From Mytilus edulis (Eukaryota): 64,000 nucleotides of DNA. Within the stretch, counting starts at the first letter, position 1; each line of letters begins with the position of its first letter. The DNA lies in the NCBI RefSeq assembly GCF_963676685.1, contig NC_092348.1, positions 9,982,001 to 10,046,000 of the forward strand. Reading direction: 5' to 3'. Positions 1 through 11,310 of the stretch are shown here, piece after piece. The position numbers were made by a program, and so were the translations under genes. The notes below the pieces were generated by a model that saw only the letters and a list, made by a program, of their open reading frames with translations, was not told the origin of the DNA and made no database searches.

Positions 1-971
1 GTTTCTCTGTGTGTTGCATCAACGATTGTTTTTGTTGCACTTCAGTGTTTCTGTTGTTTCATTGTTTTCCTATTGTGATTGAAGTGTTTCCCTCAGTTTT
101 AGTTTGTGGCCCGAAATTGTTTTCTCTCAATCGATTTATCACTTTTAAACAGCGGTATACTACTGTTGCCTTTATTTATAAAGCACCGTCATTGGTCTTA
201 GTTATATTTTTAGCAGAATATCTTCAATCGTTCTTTTAGTTAACATTATTAAAGCTTTAGACTTTTACAGAAAGGAAAACAATATAGAAAAAATAACAAA
301 TCCCTTAGTATTTGATTGTCTTTTATGCCTGTACAATATTTTTACAAACGAATGACGTCAGTTCATACAAAATAAAAATAAGAAAACTTACCTCTGGTAG
401 TTAAATACACCTGCTAAAACACACCTTGATTGTTTCATAACAATTCTATCTAATACGGATGTTGAATACCTAACCTTAACCTGAAGGACAACGAAGTTGA
501 CTTCATTAATTTTCTTCCATATTTGCAATGAACATATTAGTTTTACAACTACGTTGTGTACTTAAAATCGTCAAGGATACCTACATCATTTTTCATTTAT
601 ATTTAAACAAAAAACAACAATAAATTCCCCTTTATAATCCCTGGATTGTTTGTTGTTAGAAATTATGTTAATAAAATAAACATCATATGTTACATAAATT
701 GCACAATAAGTGCAGTAGTGAAAAGATGTTTTCTTGAATTACTCAGAATTAAAGCGAAGTGAACGGCAATAGCATGTTAATGGACGAATATCTTCTGAAT
801 ACATCAATCATACTTAGGCATGGAGGGCATGTAGTTTTTTTTTATTGAGACGAACAATCTTTTGTTTCATTTTAATTCTTCAATTACATACAGGAACAAT
901 TTTCTACACCCGAATAGGTTGTCTAAGCTGTATATGCTAAAAAGTCCTAAAAATACGGATGTCAAGTTGGT

Positions 972-1300
972 TCAATATTCAACATTCAACATTGAAAATT
1001 CATTTTTTTTTCTTGTATCCATTTTCAATGTTGAATGTTGAATATTGAAATCGAATGTTGAATGTTGAATGGTGAAATCGATTGTTGAATGTTGAATGTT
1101 GAAAATGGATACAAGAAAAAAAAGGAAAAAAATGAATGTTGAATGTTGAATATTGAAATCGAATGTTGAATATTGAAATCGAATGTTGAATGGTGAAATC
1201 GAATGTTGAATGTTGAAAATGGATACAAGAAAAAAAAAATTGAATGTTGAATGTTGAATATTGAAATCGAATGTTGAATGTTGAAAATGGATACAAGAAA
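972..1300. repeat. Minisatellite built from AATGTTG 7-mers and AATATTGAAATCG / AAAATGGATACAAG modules
   Basis: Visible tandem iteration; accounts for the three overlapping low-complexity ORFs at 972-1391. Confidence 0.85.
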
Positions 1301-1794
1301 AAAAGAATAAAGAACCACCAAACAAAATGTTCATACCCAGATTAAAAAGATATCCTGTATCTAAGATTAACTTACAAAATTCTGCTAACACGTGTTACTT
1401 TCTGTTCTGGTAAATATTACATCAGACAATGACATTAGTCAACCTGCAAATGGTCACGATCCCATCCAATAATACGTGAAGAAAAGGTATACCAAAAGTA
1501 AACGTATGCATTTCCTCATTTCACAATTGTATTCAAACTCCGTTTAATGTGTGTATTGTTACGATTTAGTGATCGTATTATTAAATTAATAGTACTCGTG
1601 TTCTCCATATTCTATAGTAGTAATTTTACGAGTCAGCTGTTTTTGTTTACGTTTTCGCTACGCTATTTTTTACGATGGAATGTCACCTCGTACAGAATAT
1701 TCACGGTTGGTTGGCATGTATTTCAATGATACATGATGCGATAATGTGTTTACCTTATTTGCTTATTTATTTTCTTAATGTAATAACTTGTGTT

Positions 1795-2247
1795 TTAGCC
1801 GTAATCATCTAAATCCCAGCAGTGCCATAGTTTATTTACTAGAGAAGTCATATTTATTTGTGTATTGGCGGTCTGCAACACGAGATTGCCTGTGAACATA
1901 ACAAACGTTTTGATTGGTCGATGCATTGACCGGAAAATTATAAATAGAAGGTTGACGAAACGAACTTCAGATTTAATCTCACCGCCTGCAAGAGCAGTCG
2001 GAATTTATGCTGTCTTGATGTCCTTATAATTAAGTTTGAAGGTTTTGAATGTTTTAAGAAAACTAAACCTTCTAACACATGGCAATTGTTTGTTTTGAAG
2101 AAGAAGAAGACGACCTTCGACCTACGGGAAAGTCCCGTCAGCTGTCGTTCCACTTAGTCAACTTTCTATAAATACGACGAGAGAGGTTTTCTGGAAATCT
2201 ACTTTCACTTTAGCAGAGAGAAACCTTTATGAGGTGATTACGGCAAA
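1795..2247. mobile_element. Possible non-autonomous element with nested inverted repeats
   Basis: Outer IR ttagccgtaatcatct (1795) / aggtgattacggcaaa (2232-2247), 2 mismatches; inner IR tagaaggttgac / gtcaactttcta. Confidence 0.35.
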
Positions 2248-3330
2248 TTGTATATAAATATAAATGTATGTTTTTATGATCAATTGTAAATATTTGATTA
2301 TATAGATGTTATATAAAATGCATCTGAACTTTATACCTGACTTAGTTATTATTTCAACCATATACCAACTCAAAGGATCCATGCAAATTATGTTCGATCG
2401 AGCCTCCTTATTCATTTAAAATTACCACTCGGTTTAAGGGCATCCGATACAGTTTCTCGACATAATGTCATTTTTATAATTTTGAAATATGTTGTAGGCC
2501 TTGGCGAGTTATAAAAAAAAACACAAAAAAAAACATACGTTACCGTGCTTGTTTTCGAGATAATTGAGGCTGAAAATTGGGGATTTGTGCAATTTTGTTA
2601 AAAAGTTTGGCAATGTTATAAAATTTTTGGAGTAGATATTCTTCATCGTAAATTAATAAGAATGGGTTCATTCTGAAGCTGTGGTAAGTGACAATAAGGG
2701 GAAAATAAATAACCTACAGGAATTACTATATATTTATTCAAGCATTGCTTGACTTTGCGGACAAGATGCTCAAAGTGGCACATTTTTTAATCGAAAAATA
2801 CGGAAATAAACTGGTCCTGAAAATGTCATTTTTCTCATTTTTCTACATTAACTGCATTTTGTTACACTTTTTCAAAATCTCAAATAAAAAATATATGTCA
2901 CCGTGCTGGATTCGAAGATAAACGCAGTTGATACTCAAAATTGCGTCCCCCTTTGGTAACCTCGTTATTAGCGCGAAAATGCACGACGTCACTGGCTGAA
3001 AATTTCGACATCTCCCGCCAATTATCCATGCAAGGTCAATCCGGATCGCCTTCGTCGTTTTTAAGGTGTATAATGATTATTTCTCTCTCATTCGAGGGGT
3101 GAAAGGGTCATATTCAGAAATTTGGAATTGCTACGTCTAATTGACAGGGTTCAAGAATAGAAAGTAATTCATATCGTGATGCGGAAACTTATTATTTTCA
3201 TTAGAAATAGGATTTGTTAATTTATTATCGGGAATTACAATTCATGACTTTCTATTGTGCCTCTCTTAAAAATCCTCTATCCGCATGCACCCGAGTACTC
3301 CTTTAACAATTTTGGCATTCAGGAGAATTA

Positions 3331-3506
3331 TTAAGGAGGGGGATAGGACCTTTATCGGGACTCCGGGATCGGGTGTCTTTAAGCTTGGGATTTCGGGATA
3401 GACCATTTCGGGATCCGGGAATTCCTTTTTCGAATATCTGGATGTCGAGATTTAAATTTATTCAAATTCGGGACCACGGGATTTCGTGTTTTTAAGAACC
3501 CTCCTA

Positions 3507-3538
<32 letters not shown>

Positions 3539-3550
3539 CCCCATCATTAA
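3331..3550. mobile_element. Small MITE-like insertion with TCGGGA repeats and a poly-C tract, inside the Kolobok
   Basis: TTAA at both ends, loosely inverted G/C-rich termini, repeated (T)CGGGA motifs. Confidence 0.4.
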
Positions 3551-5331
3551 ATGATAACAAAAAAAATAATTTTTTTTCATTATATTGTAATAAAGTAAGT
3601 TTATAGTCAATGGGAACATTGAAATTCGACATAGGAGAATTACGAACCTCAGTCAAGCATATGGTTCTGAAGAAAATTATTTGAAACTTTTCATACTAGA
3701 ATTGATGTTTTACGCCCAGTTATTCAGAAGCAGAAAAAAATGTAAAAAGAGAAATGGACGGAAGGACGGACAGATGCACATTCAAGTTTTGAAAAGCTAC
3801 AAAAGTGACTATACACTTCATCAGTTGATTAGTGATACATACCTGGTATTAAAAATGATGTTGATGTACGGCTGTTTTATGTCCAGTGGCAAATCAAATG
3901 CATTTGTAGAAGGTCGTACGGTGACATACATGTATGGTTGTTAATGTGTGTGTCATTTGGTCATCTTGTGTAGAGTAATTGTTGTCTCATTGGTAATCAT
4001 ACCATGTTTTATTTTTTTTCAATTAGAGCCAGGCAATCTTATTGCAATATATGAGGGTTAACCATGTTTTGTAGAATTTTACTATATATACAGACATGCG
4101 CTATGGGCCGTTCTAATTAACAAAGTAACTGTACACAAGAAGACATGTCACCATAGCCTGACACTTTAACCAAAATCAAATTTTACCAGTCTTTTAAAAT
4201 CTTATTCCTTGTCACGTGCTTAGCAATGATGTAGCAAATACCAATATTAAAGTATAGTTTAATCCGGCCAGGAGTCTGTAATCAATATGAGCTAAATGTG
4301 TTTGTACATGTATTATTATTCTATTTTTTCTTTCACGAACAAATACAAAACTAATATAATTATTTTGTCACAAACACAAGACAAAACCATCCAAGAGAAA
4401 ATATAAGCACCAACACAAGATTAATCATTTGTTTTGTCATCTAAGGATAGCTGTACACGATGTGCATATTAGTTAACTCGTCTTCAGTCACTGTATTTTC
4501 AAAGGTACACCTATTGATTTTGTATGAATATTTACTGTGTATATATATGTATAAAGCAGCACAATGAATTATATTTGATAACTAATTAATTTTACACTCC
4601 TGCATTTTGATCTACTTACGAACCTTGTGCTATTAAGCATTTCTGTACACACTTGTACTTTTCCGAAACATCTTCCCGTGATTAGTATAAAAAGCAAACT
4701 GCAACTTTGAGATGAAGAACATCAATAAAAGTGCTGTTCTTTTGCCCTAAGTGTGTTTTTACTGCGCATGTGCTGATTTTTTTTATGGATCTTTGATACC
4801 CCATATCCTTTGGTTTTTTATATTTATCATTCTAGAATTATTTTGGTTCTTTTTTTTTAGGAATAAAAGTAAAACAAACACCAGAAATAAATGTGTTGAT
4901 ACATTTATCAGTACAAAATATTGTATGCATCGTAATCGAACAAAGATAATTAAAACAAGATTTTTAAGTTATCAGTCCTTTATACACATTTATAAAAGCA
5001 CAATATTTTTACATTTTCCCTAAGAAACAAATCAAAATAGCATTATTTTTTCTTAAAATGTATATTAACTAGCGTGCCTTTTAAAAAAAAGGCCATAAAA
5101 CCATTCATTGGAGAATTACGAACTGCAAATGCATTTTGTTTACATGATTAATTAAGATTATATGATATAATTTAGATTATATGATAAAAATGTTCAACAA
5201 ATTTCATTGACTATGTGATTACAAAGCTAATTTTGTAAAAATATATGATAATTGTACTATAAATACAGAACATTTCTAAAAATATGTTATTTGAATGAAT
5301 AACGAAGAACTCCAAACGATGTTTTTTTTAA

Positions 5332-7324
5332 TTACTTATTTTCGTAATATCCGGTTATTTTTTTTATGACGGCCGCTGTTTTCGTAACACGAGGTGAACC
5401 GTCCTGTCTCCTTTGAGACAATAAATCAAGTAAACCCTGAAAGCCTTTTCTATTAAATGCAAGATCCAGATGACATTTCTTCAGACCGGATTGGGCACAC
5501 TTTACAGCCATCTGAGCAGACATATATTTTCCCTTAACAAGATCTCCAAAACTCTCAGCATCAACCTTTACCATTTTATCATATTTCATGTTTTCAGCTA
5601 TCGCTTCAACTGTAAAAGAAAATTCAAGTACATCTTGCTTTTCTACTTTGGAAACAGCCATTAACTTGTGTAAGGATTCCACATCATCAACGGCATTATG
5701 CGCATTGTACTGCTCATTACAAAAATGTTCAAATAATTTTTGCTGACTGTAGCTGTTTAGCCCTGGGAATTTTTGCCGGAAAAGCGGAAGCGTGTCGGCG
5801 AATCCAGATACGCATTTCCTAAAAGCTGCATAGCAGGTTAAATTGGACATGTTATTTAGCAAACGCCTAGCATCAAATAATTTGCAATTATGTGCAACAA
5901 GCATAACCTGACCGTATTGTTCTAACCAAAGGACAAAACTCTGGAACGCTGATTCCGAAGTAACTGCATGAACAGGTTTTCCATTGTAAAAAAGGATATT
6001 TCCATTTGCAGTTAAACCAGTAACGGCACTGGAACTCGGCGCTATTGATTTATTCGGCTGAATATAAGTATCAAACTTATCACCAGAGACAGTGTTTAAT
6101 GCAGCTATTTGCAGAATTTCAGAATCTAATTTCAGCGAAGATGTTTCCAGGTCAAAAATTATGCAACTACCTTCAAATGATGAAAAGGGCAATGATGCAG
6201 GTTTCTGTTTGATTCCCGGAATCTCTTTATCCTCAGTAACCAAGGAAAGAGACAGTCCCGATTTATATGTTACACCTTCTTTTTTTTCTGTCTGTTTTAT
6301 TTTATTTCTAAATTTCTTCTTTTCTAATCGCCGTTTTTTTACAACTGGTTGCTGGGAGTACTTCTGTTTCCGTTTTCTTTCTTTTAACAACTTTCCGGAA
6401 TGATTATCAGTGATTTCATCCGTTAAAAGGTTAGCTTGTGTATTTATGCAGAAAATGTAAGAATACCCTATGTTTTTTTGCAAGACTGCAGCGCTCACCC
6501 GTGTTTTAAGATTTTCGCTTTTACTAAAACAGAACCGTTTAGGAGCTTTAGATGCATAAATATTGTTGGTAGACTCCACATCTTTTGTTGATCCAGCCGG
6601 TGCTAGACGTTCAGCATTGTTAGCTACCGTTTCAAATATGACTTGGACGTCTTTTCGTAAAGCATCATCTGTAAGTGGTTTTCCATGAGGGAGATATTTA
6701 TGAAAATTATTTTCATTGCTTTTATTACACCAATCGCCACATTTGTCATGACTACCGAATGAATGAGGAACAATAGCTGTTAGTGTTTCTTTAAGTTTAG
6801 TTTCATTGTTTTTATTCTGTTGAATAGCATATGAAAAACACATTTTGTAATATTCTATGATATCTGTACTTAGTGCTTTGTGCTTAGATTTCAAATTATA
6901 AAAAGCATTTCCGAGTGATTTTGTTGAGTGGTTAATATCGCTCCATTTTTTTACATCGTGGTCCAAAGCTTCTTTTACCCTAGACAAAGTGGCTGCATCA
7001 TCATCCATGATAAGCACATCGACAGGAACCCCAGACACTTCTTCTATATTTTCCATCAGGGATGCCCCTGTTGACGATTCCATGGCTTTTGCGCTTTTTG
7101 ACCAATTCTTTTGACAGTTGTGTGGTTTTGCGTTTCTTTTGGCTTTCTCAGCACTATGACATATGGCGCAATGTGTAACACGCAGGTCGTAATCTAATAT
7201 TTTTCCAGTAAGCTGGCCAATTGCTGTCCCAACGCCAGACGAACTACTATACGAGCGACCTGATCCTCGCTTCTGCCAACACATGTCGTATTTTACTACC
7301 AATCCTTTCCCTGGTGTTGTAATT
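5332..7324 (-). CDS. Kolobok transposase coding exon 3: DDE catalytic domain + DEDDh 3'-5' exonuclease + PML-like C-terminal domain
   Basis: Acceptor TTTTTAG| at 7325. Transposase motifs YDMCWQKRG (D), CAIC/HNC, SAKAME, MDDDAA (D), DINH, H..C..WC, TKDVESTNN (E). Exonuclease motifs FDLETS (ExoI), VAHN..FDA (ExoII), HNAVDDV (ExoIII). Spliced product is ~796 aa from the Met at 10468. Confidence 0.9.
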
Positions 7325-7865
7325 CTAAAAAAATATTAATTTTACATATTATTTTTTATTATTATATTGGTTTTATAATTCTAATTATAAATTCTACGTA
7401 GTATTTAAAAAGACTAATATTGCCAGCAACACAGAATATAGCTATAGCAACAGCATCGTTAAATTCCAATTATGAGCTACGTGGAGTTTTTGGGATTGAT
7501 TGTTGATTGGTTGATGTCCAGTGGCAATCATTTCATGCATATTCAGGACGAGGTACTTTTACGATCTAGACTGTGAGCAGAAAAAGCGTTTTCAATTTTT
7601 ATGCGCCAAATATGTTTACAGATTTTGCAAAAAGTTGTCTCATTCCTAATTGACAATATGAATTAAGTTCACAGTTTTTTTCTCAATCCGTATTAACAAT
7701 TTGTATTTAGTTTACAGTACTTTCAATTATTATTTTTTCTTTTGTGTGTTTTTTTTTTGTTTTGTTTTTTTATTCAAATTTGTATATATTGCGTTTTCAT
7801 TAATATTGTATTGGTATCACCATCTCTCCTTAGGGAGGCTAATAAAGATATATATATATCAAAAT

Positions 7866-8101
7866 AGCGGGACGGCTACAGTGCAGGCGATTTGCCGTGT
7901 CACGATATCTCAGTAGCATGGGTTCGAATCCCGGCGAGGGAAGAAAAAAAAATTTGCGAAAGCAAATTTACAGATCTTACATTGTTGGGTTGATGTTTAG
8001 ACGAGTTGTATATACATAATGTACACAGCCATGTATCACCCTCATTGCTGGTGATCCGATGGATAAATCTGTTGTAGAGTTGTCACTGACTCAGACGTAC
8101 T
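7866..8101 (+). mobile_element. 5'-truncated tRNA-derived SINE in intron 2 of the transposase gene
   Basis: B-box GGTTCGAATCCC at 7921-7932; 17-bp direct repeat TATATATATATCAAAAT at 7849-7865 and 8102-8118. Confidence 0.75.
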
Positions 8102-9045
8102 TATATATATATCAAAATGTATATACTCTGTTTTTGCAAAAAGGATTGTCTATACACATCTCATTATAACTCTGGAAATTTAATAAATAATTACACAGAT
8201 GAAGCACTACCTTTTTATACGACCAAAAAGTTTTCGCGTTCGTATAATGTTATAACGTTGTCAGTCTCGTTCTCGTCCGACAAAAGTTACCAGACAAAAA
8301 TTGTACCACCTCTTAAAAATTGTAAAACACATTTCTATACCAATAAAAAGAAAGTTGTGAATAATTTTGGAGGTTGTGGTCCTAATTAATTAGATAAAGA
8401 GATAAAACAGAACTTTTATTACAGTTGGTATAAACCATTATTTCTTGACCAATACCAATGTGCTTAAATTCAAAGTCTTGATTTCTTACGGTTATTTAAT
8501 GGGCTGAATCTGAAGTGATTTTTCATTTCCCGCGAAGGCTAAAATAAATTGATATTTTCCCCATCTTTAAAAGTTTTACCGCATTTCTCGGGGGAAATAT
8601 TTTCCAAGATATTTTACTATAAAATTTGAAGAAAATCAATCAAGGTTCTCGACCAATGTATGTTGTCGATAACTACGACGTTAAAAGAAAGTCAATTGCC
8701 AAACAGGTGCTTGATTTTTCACGTGTTTTTTTTTAGTTGTCATTGTAACGCAATTTCCAGTAAATTACGTAACCCCTCATTTGGGCACAAAATGTCATGA
8801 CCGTCTTTTAATTGGTCCACTTTTAATTCGAAAATTAAATTTTTGGGGTTTCTTCAAAAACCGAATTCTTGGCGTTATTTGATATGCTGATTTTAACTTT
8901 GAATTTAAATTTCATGCCTGGTTTTCAAATTGGATCCAAGATAAACTAAAGTTCGATTTTAATGATAAAAAAAGATGAATGCAATGGTTCTTTTGATATG
9001 CTGAATCTAAACTCTTAAAAATAATTCCGGTATCTGCATAATTAC

Positions 9046-9223
9046 CTTGTTTCTGAACATTCCTTTGTAATTGCTTCATGACATGAATCTCGTGCTACAT
9101 CTACCATTGGTTGGAACAGTTCGCGTTCTCTCTTCTTCATCGTTCTCTCAGAACTACTAGGAACACCCATTATTGTCATAAGTCTGGAAAGCTGACGAAC
9201 ACCTATGCCAACGTCTATCATTG
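9046..9223 (-). CDS. Kolobok transposase coding exon 2 (not in the ORF track)
   Basis: Acceptor TTTTAG| at 9224; 178 nt, (A)MIDVGIGVRQLSRLMTIMGVPSSSERTMKKRERELFQPMVDVARDSCHEAITKECSET(R); donor AG|GTAATT. Phases join exons 1 and 3 in frame. Confidence 0.85.
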
Positions 9224-10248
9224 CTAAAATTTAAATAGCAATGTGTAGAGGTATTTAAATTAGATCTCAATAAAGTTAGCTGACATTGGAATACATTTTT
9301 ACAGAAACATGTTCATCACTTGAGTTCACAATACTAGACATAGTATTCTTGGTTTTGGAAACGGAGAAGCACGGACTGACGATATTATGAAAATAATACA
9401 TATGATTCTGTTATTTTCCTTCTTCTGGAAGCATAACATCGTCTAATTAATTTCCGGAAAGAATACATTGGCATTAAAATGAAAGATCTGTTGGTATATA
9501 CAAAAACCTTTATTTGATAGAAGTTGTTTATGTGTTTGTTATAGAAAATCTATTTTCATGTATAGTCGCCGATATTACAATGTATGGGCAGTATGATTTT
9601 ATACGGTTTCGTTAGGTGTTTCACGGATTCATGAACTATAGTTTTGTAGCTATGGAGTGAGAAATATCGCAGGTACTTAAGCTTGTTGTGGATTTTTTAT
9701 TTATTTCTTAGATTAAATGCAAATTAGAGCTAGACATACTGCATGGCACTGTTGAAGTAAAAGTAACACACGCAACTCAGATTGTTGAAGACATTAGGAT
9801 GATATCTCGGTGTTTTTTTTAAAAGTTATTTAGTTTTTTCCCTGTAAATTGTTTTAGTTGGTCGGATGCTGTCTCTTTCACAAACAGCAAAAACTCATTG
9901 AAAGAGGGGTGCAGCATTCCAAGGAAGCAGTTAATCACTTGGAATTTTTGTTATCGACACTATCACGATATCGTTGACCGTTATGGAATATATGGAGAAA
10001 GCTCAAAGTAAAGCCGTTATAATATGAGCTTTGTATATAGATTGACTACATATCATTGTGACCGCTTCCTCTCATTTTAAAGAATAAAATGTACTATTAT
10101 AAAGACGTAGAAGTTGATATGTCTGAAAAACATTAATTCAGGAATCGTTTAAACTGTGTTGTTTTAAAAAAATAAAAATTAAGGAATGTAATCGCAAGAG
10201 ACTGAGCAACAATGATATATCAATTCAAGAGATGTATTATCTAAATAC

Positions 10249-10468
10249 CTAATGCTGCTTTTGTGTTGACATCATACACCTGTGGACCACGTTTTCCATG
10301 TACGTGCGTTTCACTGGTCTCGATCTGATTAACTTGTCCGCATTCACATCGTATAAACAAATGGCTTGCATACCCCATATTTTTTTCAGATGTAATGTTT
10401 ATCAGAGCAAGTGCCTCCTTGCATTTTCGACAAAAGAGCTGTTTGGCTACATAAAATAGATCTATCAT
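10249..10468 (-). CDS. Kolobok transposase coding exon 1 (Cys-rich Zn-binding region)
   Basis: MIDLFYVAKQLFCRKC...GYASHLFIRCECG...YDVNTKAAL; phase-1 donor G|GTATTT at 10249/10248. The frame stays open upstream to a TAA at ~10530. Confidence 0.85.
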
Positions 10469-10722
10469 TCTTCTTCCTTTTTTCCATGACTCCTCATCAA
10501 CTGTGACCGTTTCTGTGTTCGCTAAGTCTTATAACATGCTCTGACGTTTTTTGCTTTGACTGTTTCACTTTTTCTCGTCTCTCTTTCTCTCTATGGCTAA
10601 GAAAGTGCCCGGAGTTTACCATTTTTAATGGCAGTTCCTGCAACCGGTTCCCGTCACAGTGACGTCATGGCATTCAAATGGGAAGGAGAAGTTTATTAAG
10701 GAAAATTACACGCATGACGTCC

Positions 10723-10810
10723 CGCCGAAAGTAACGTTTTTGGGAATTTGAACGTTGAACGTCGCGCCGAAAGTAACGTTTTTGGGAATTTGAACGTTGA
10801 ACGTCGCGCC
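10723..10810. repeat. 42-bp tandem duplication in the Kolobok subterminal region
   Basis: CGCCGAAAGTAACGTTTTTGGGAATTTGAACGTTGAACGTCG at 10723 and 10765. Confidence 0.9.
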
Positions 10811-10905
10811 TAGAGTTACCTCCCTTGAAACTGTATCGGATGCCCTTAAGGGGCGAAATCGTTACAGTATGATAGTTATCAAAGGTACCAGGTTTATAAT
10901 TTGCT

Positions 10906-10949
10906 ACGCCAGACGCCCGTTTTGTCTACATAAGACTCACCAGTGACGC
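10906..10949 (-). ncRNA. Type I hammerhead ribozyme, degenerate copy 1
   Basis: GCGUCA-CUGGUGA-GUCU(UAUGU)AGAC-AAAA-CGGGCGUC-UGGCGU; stems I and II intact, core differs from CUGAUGA/GAAA. Confidence 0.7.
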
Positions 10950-11266
10950 TCAGATCAAAATAGTTAGAGAGCAAAAACAAGTACAAGGTTGAAGTGCATT
11001 GATGGACCCAAATTCCAAAGCAGTTGTGCCAAATACGGCTAAGGTAATCTATGCCTGGGATAAGAAAATCCTTAGTATTTAGAATAATTCATATTTTTGC
11101 AAACAGTAAATTTATATAAAAAAAGGACCATATAATTGATATTCACGTCAACACCGAAGTGCTGACTACTGGGCTGGTGATACCCTCGGGGACGTAAAGT
11201 CGGCTAGAAGTGGCATCGACCCAGTGGAGTAAATAGTTATCAAAGGTACCAGGCTTATTATTTGGT

Positions 11267-11310
11267 ACCCCAGACGCGCGTTTCGTCTATATAAGACTTA
11301 TGAGTGACGC
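11267..11310 (-). ncRNA. Type I hammerhead ribozyme, degenerate copy 2
   Basis: GCGUCA-CUCAUAA-GUCU(UAUAU)AGAC-GAAA-CGCGCGUC-UGGGGU; GAAA, palindromic stem III and the GUC site intact, CUGAUGA box mutated. Confidence 0.7.

Larger units (their letters stand above)
2438..10845 (-). mobile_element. Full-length Kolobok-type DNA transposon (8408 bp)
   Basis: Perfect 19-bp TIRs GGGCATCCGATACAGTTTC (2438-2456) / GAAACTGTATCGGATGCCC (10827-10845). TTAA on both sides (2434-2437, 10846-10849). RR..YY termini. Encloses a spliced transposase gene. Confidence 0.9.

Noticed and set aside
972-1391. Three overlapping minus-strand ORFs (FNIQHS repeats)
   Set aside because: Translations of a stop-poor minisatellite.
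5470-6403. Plus-strand ORFs 5470-5664 and 6092-6403
   Set aside because: Antisense shadows of the transposase exon.
7900-7940. tRNA gene
   Set aside because: Only a B-box/T-arm; no A box or cloverleaf; lies in a TSD-flanked SINE.
2438-10845. piggyBac or composite (long direct repeat) transposon
   Set aside because: TTAA fits piggyBac, but the ends are GG..CC rather than CC..GG and the protein motifs are not piggyBac-like. No internal TIR copies or long terminal direct repeats were seen.
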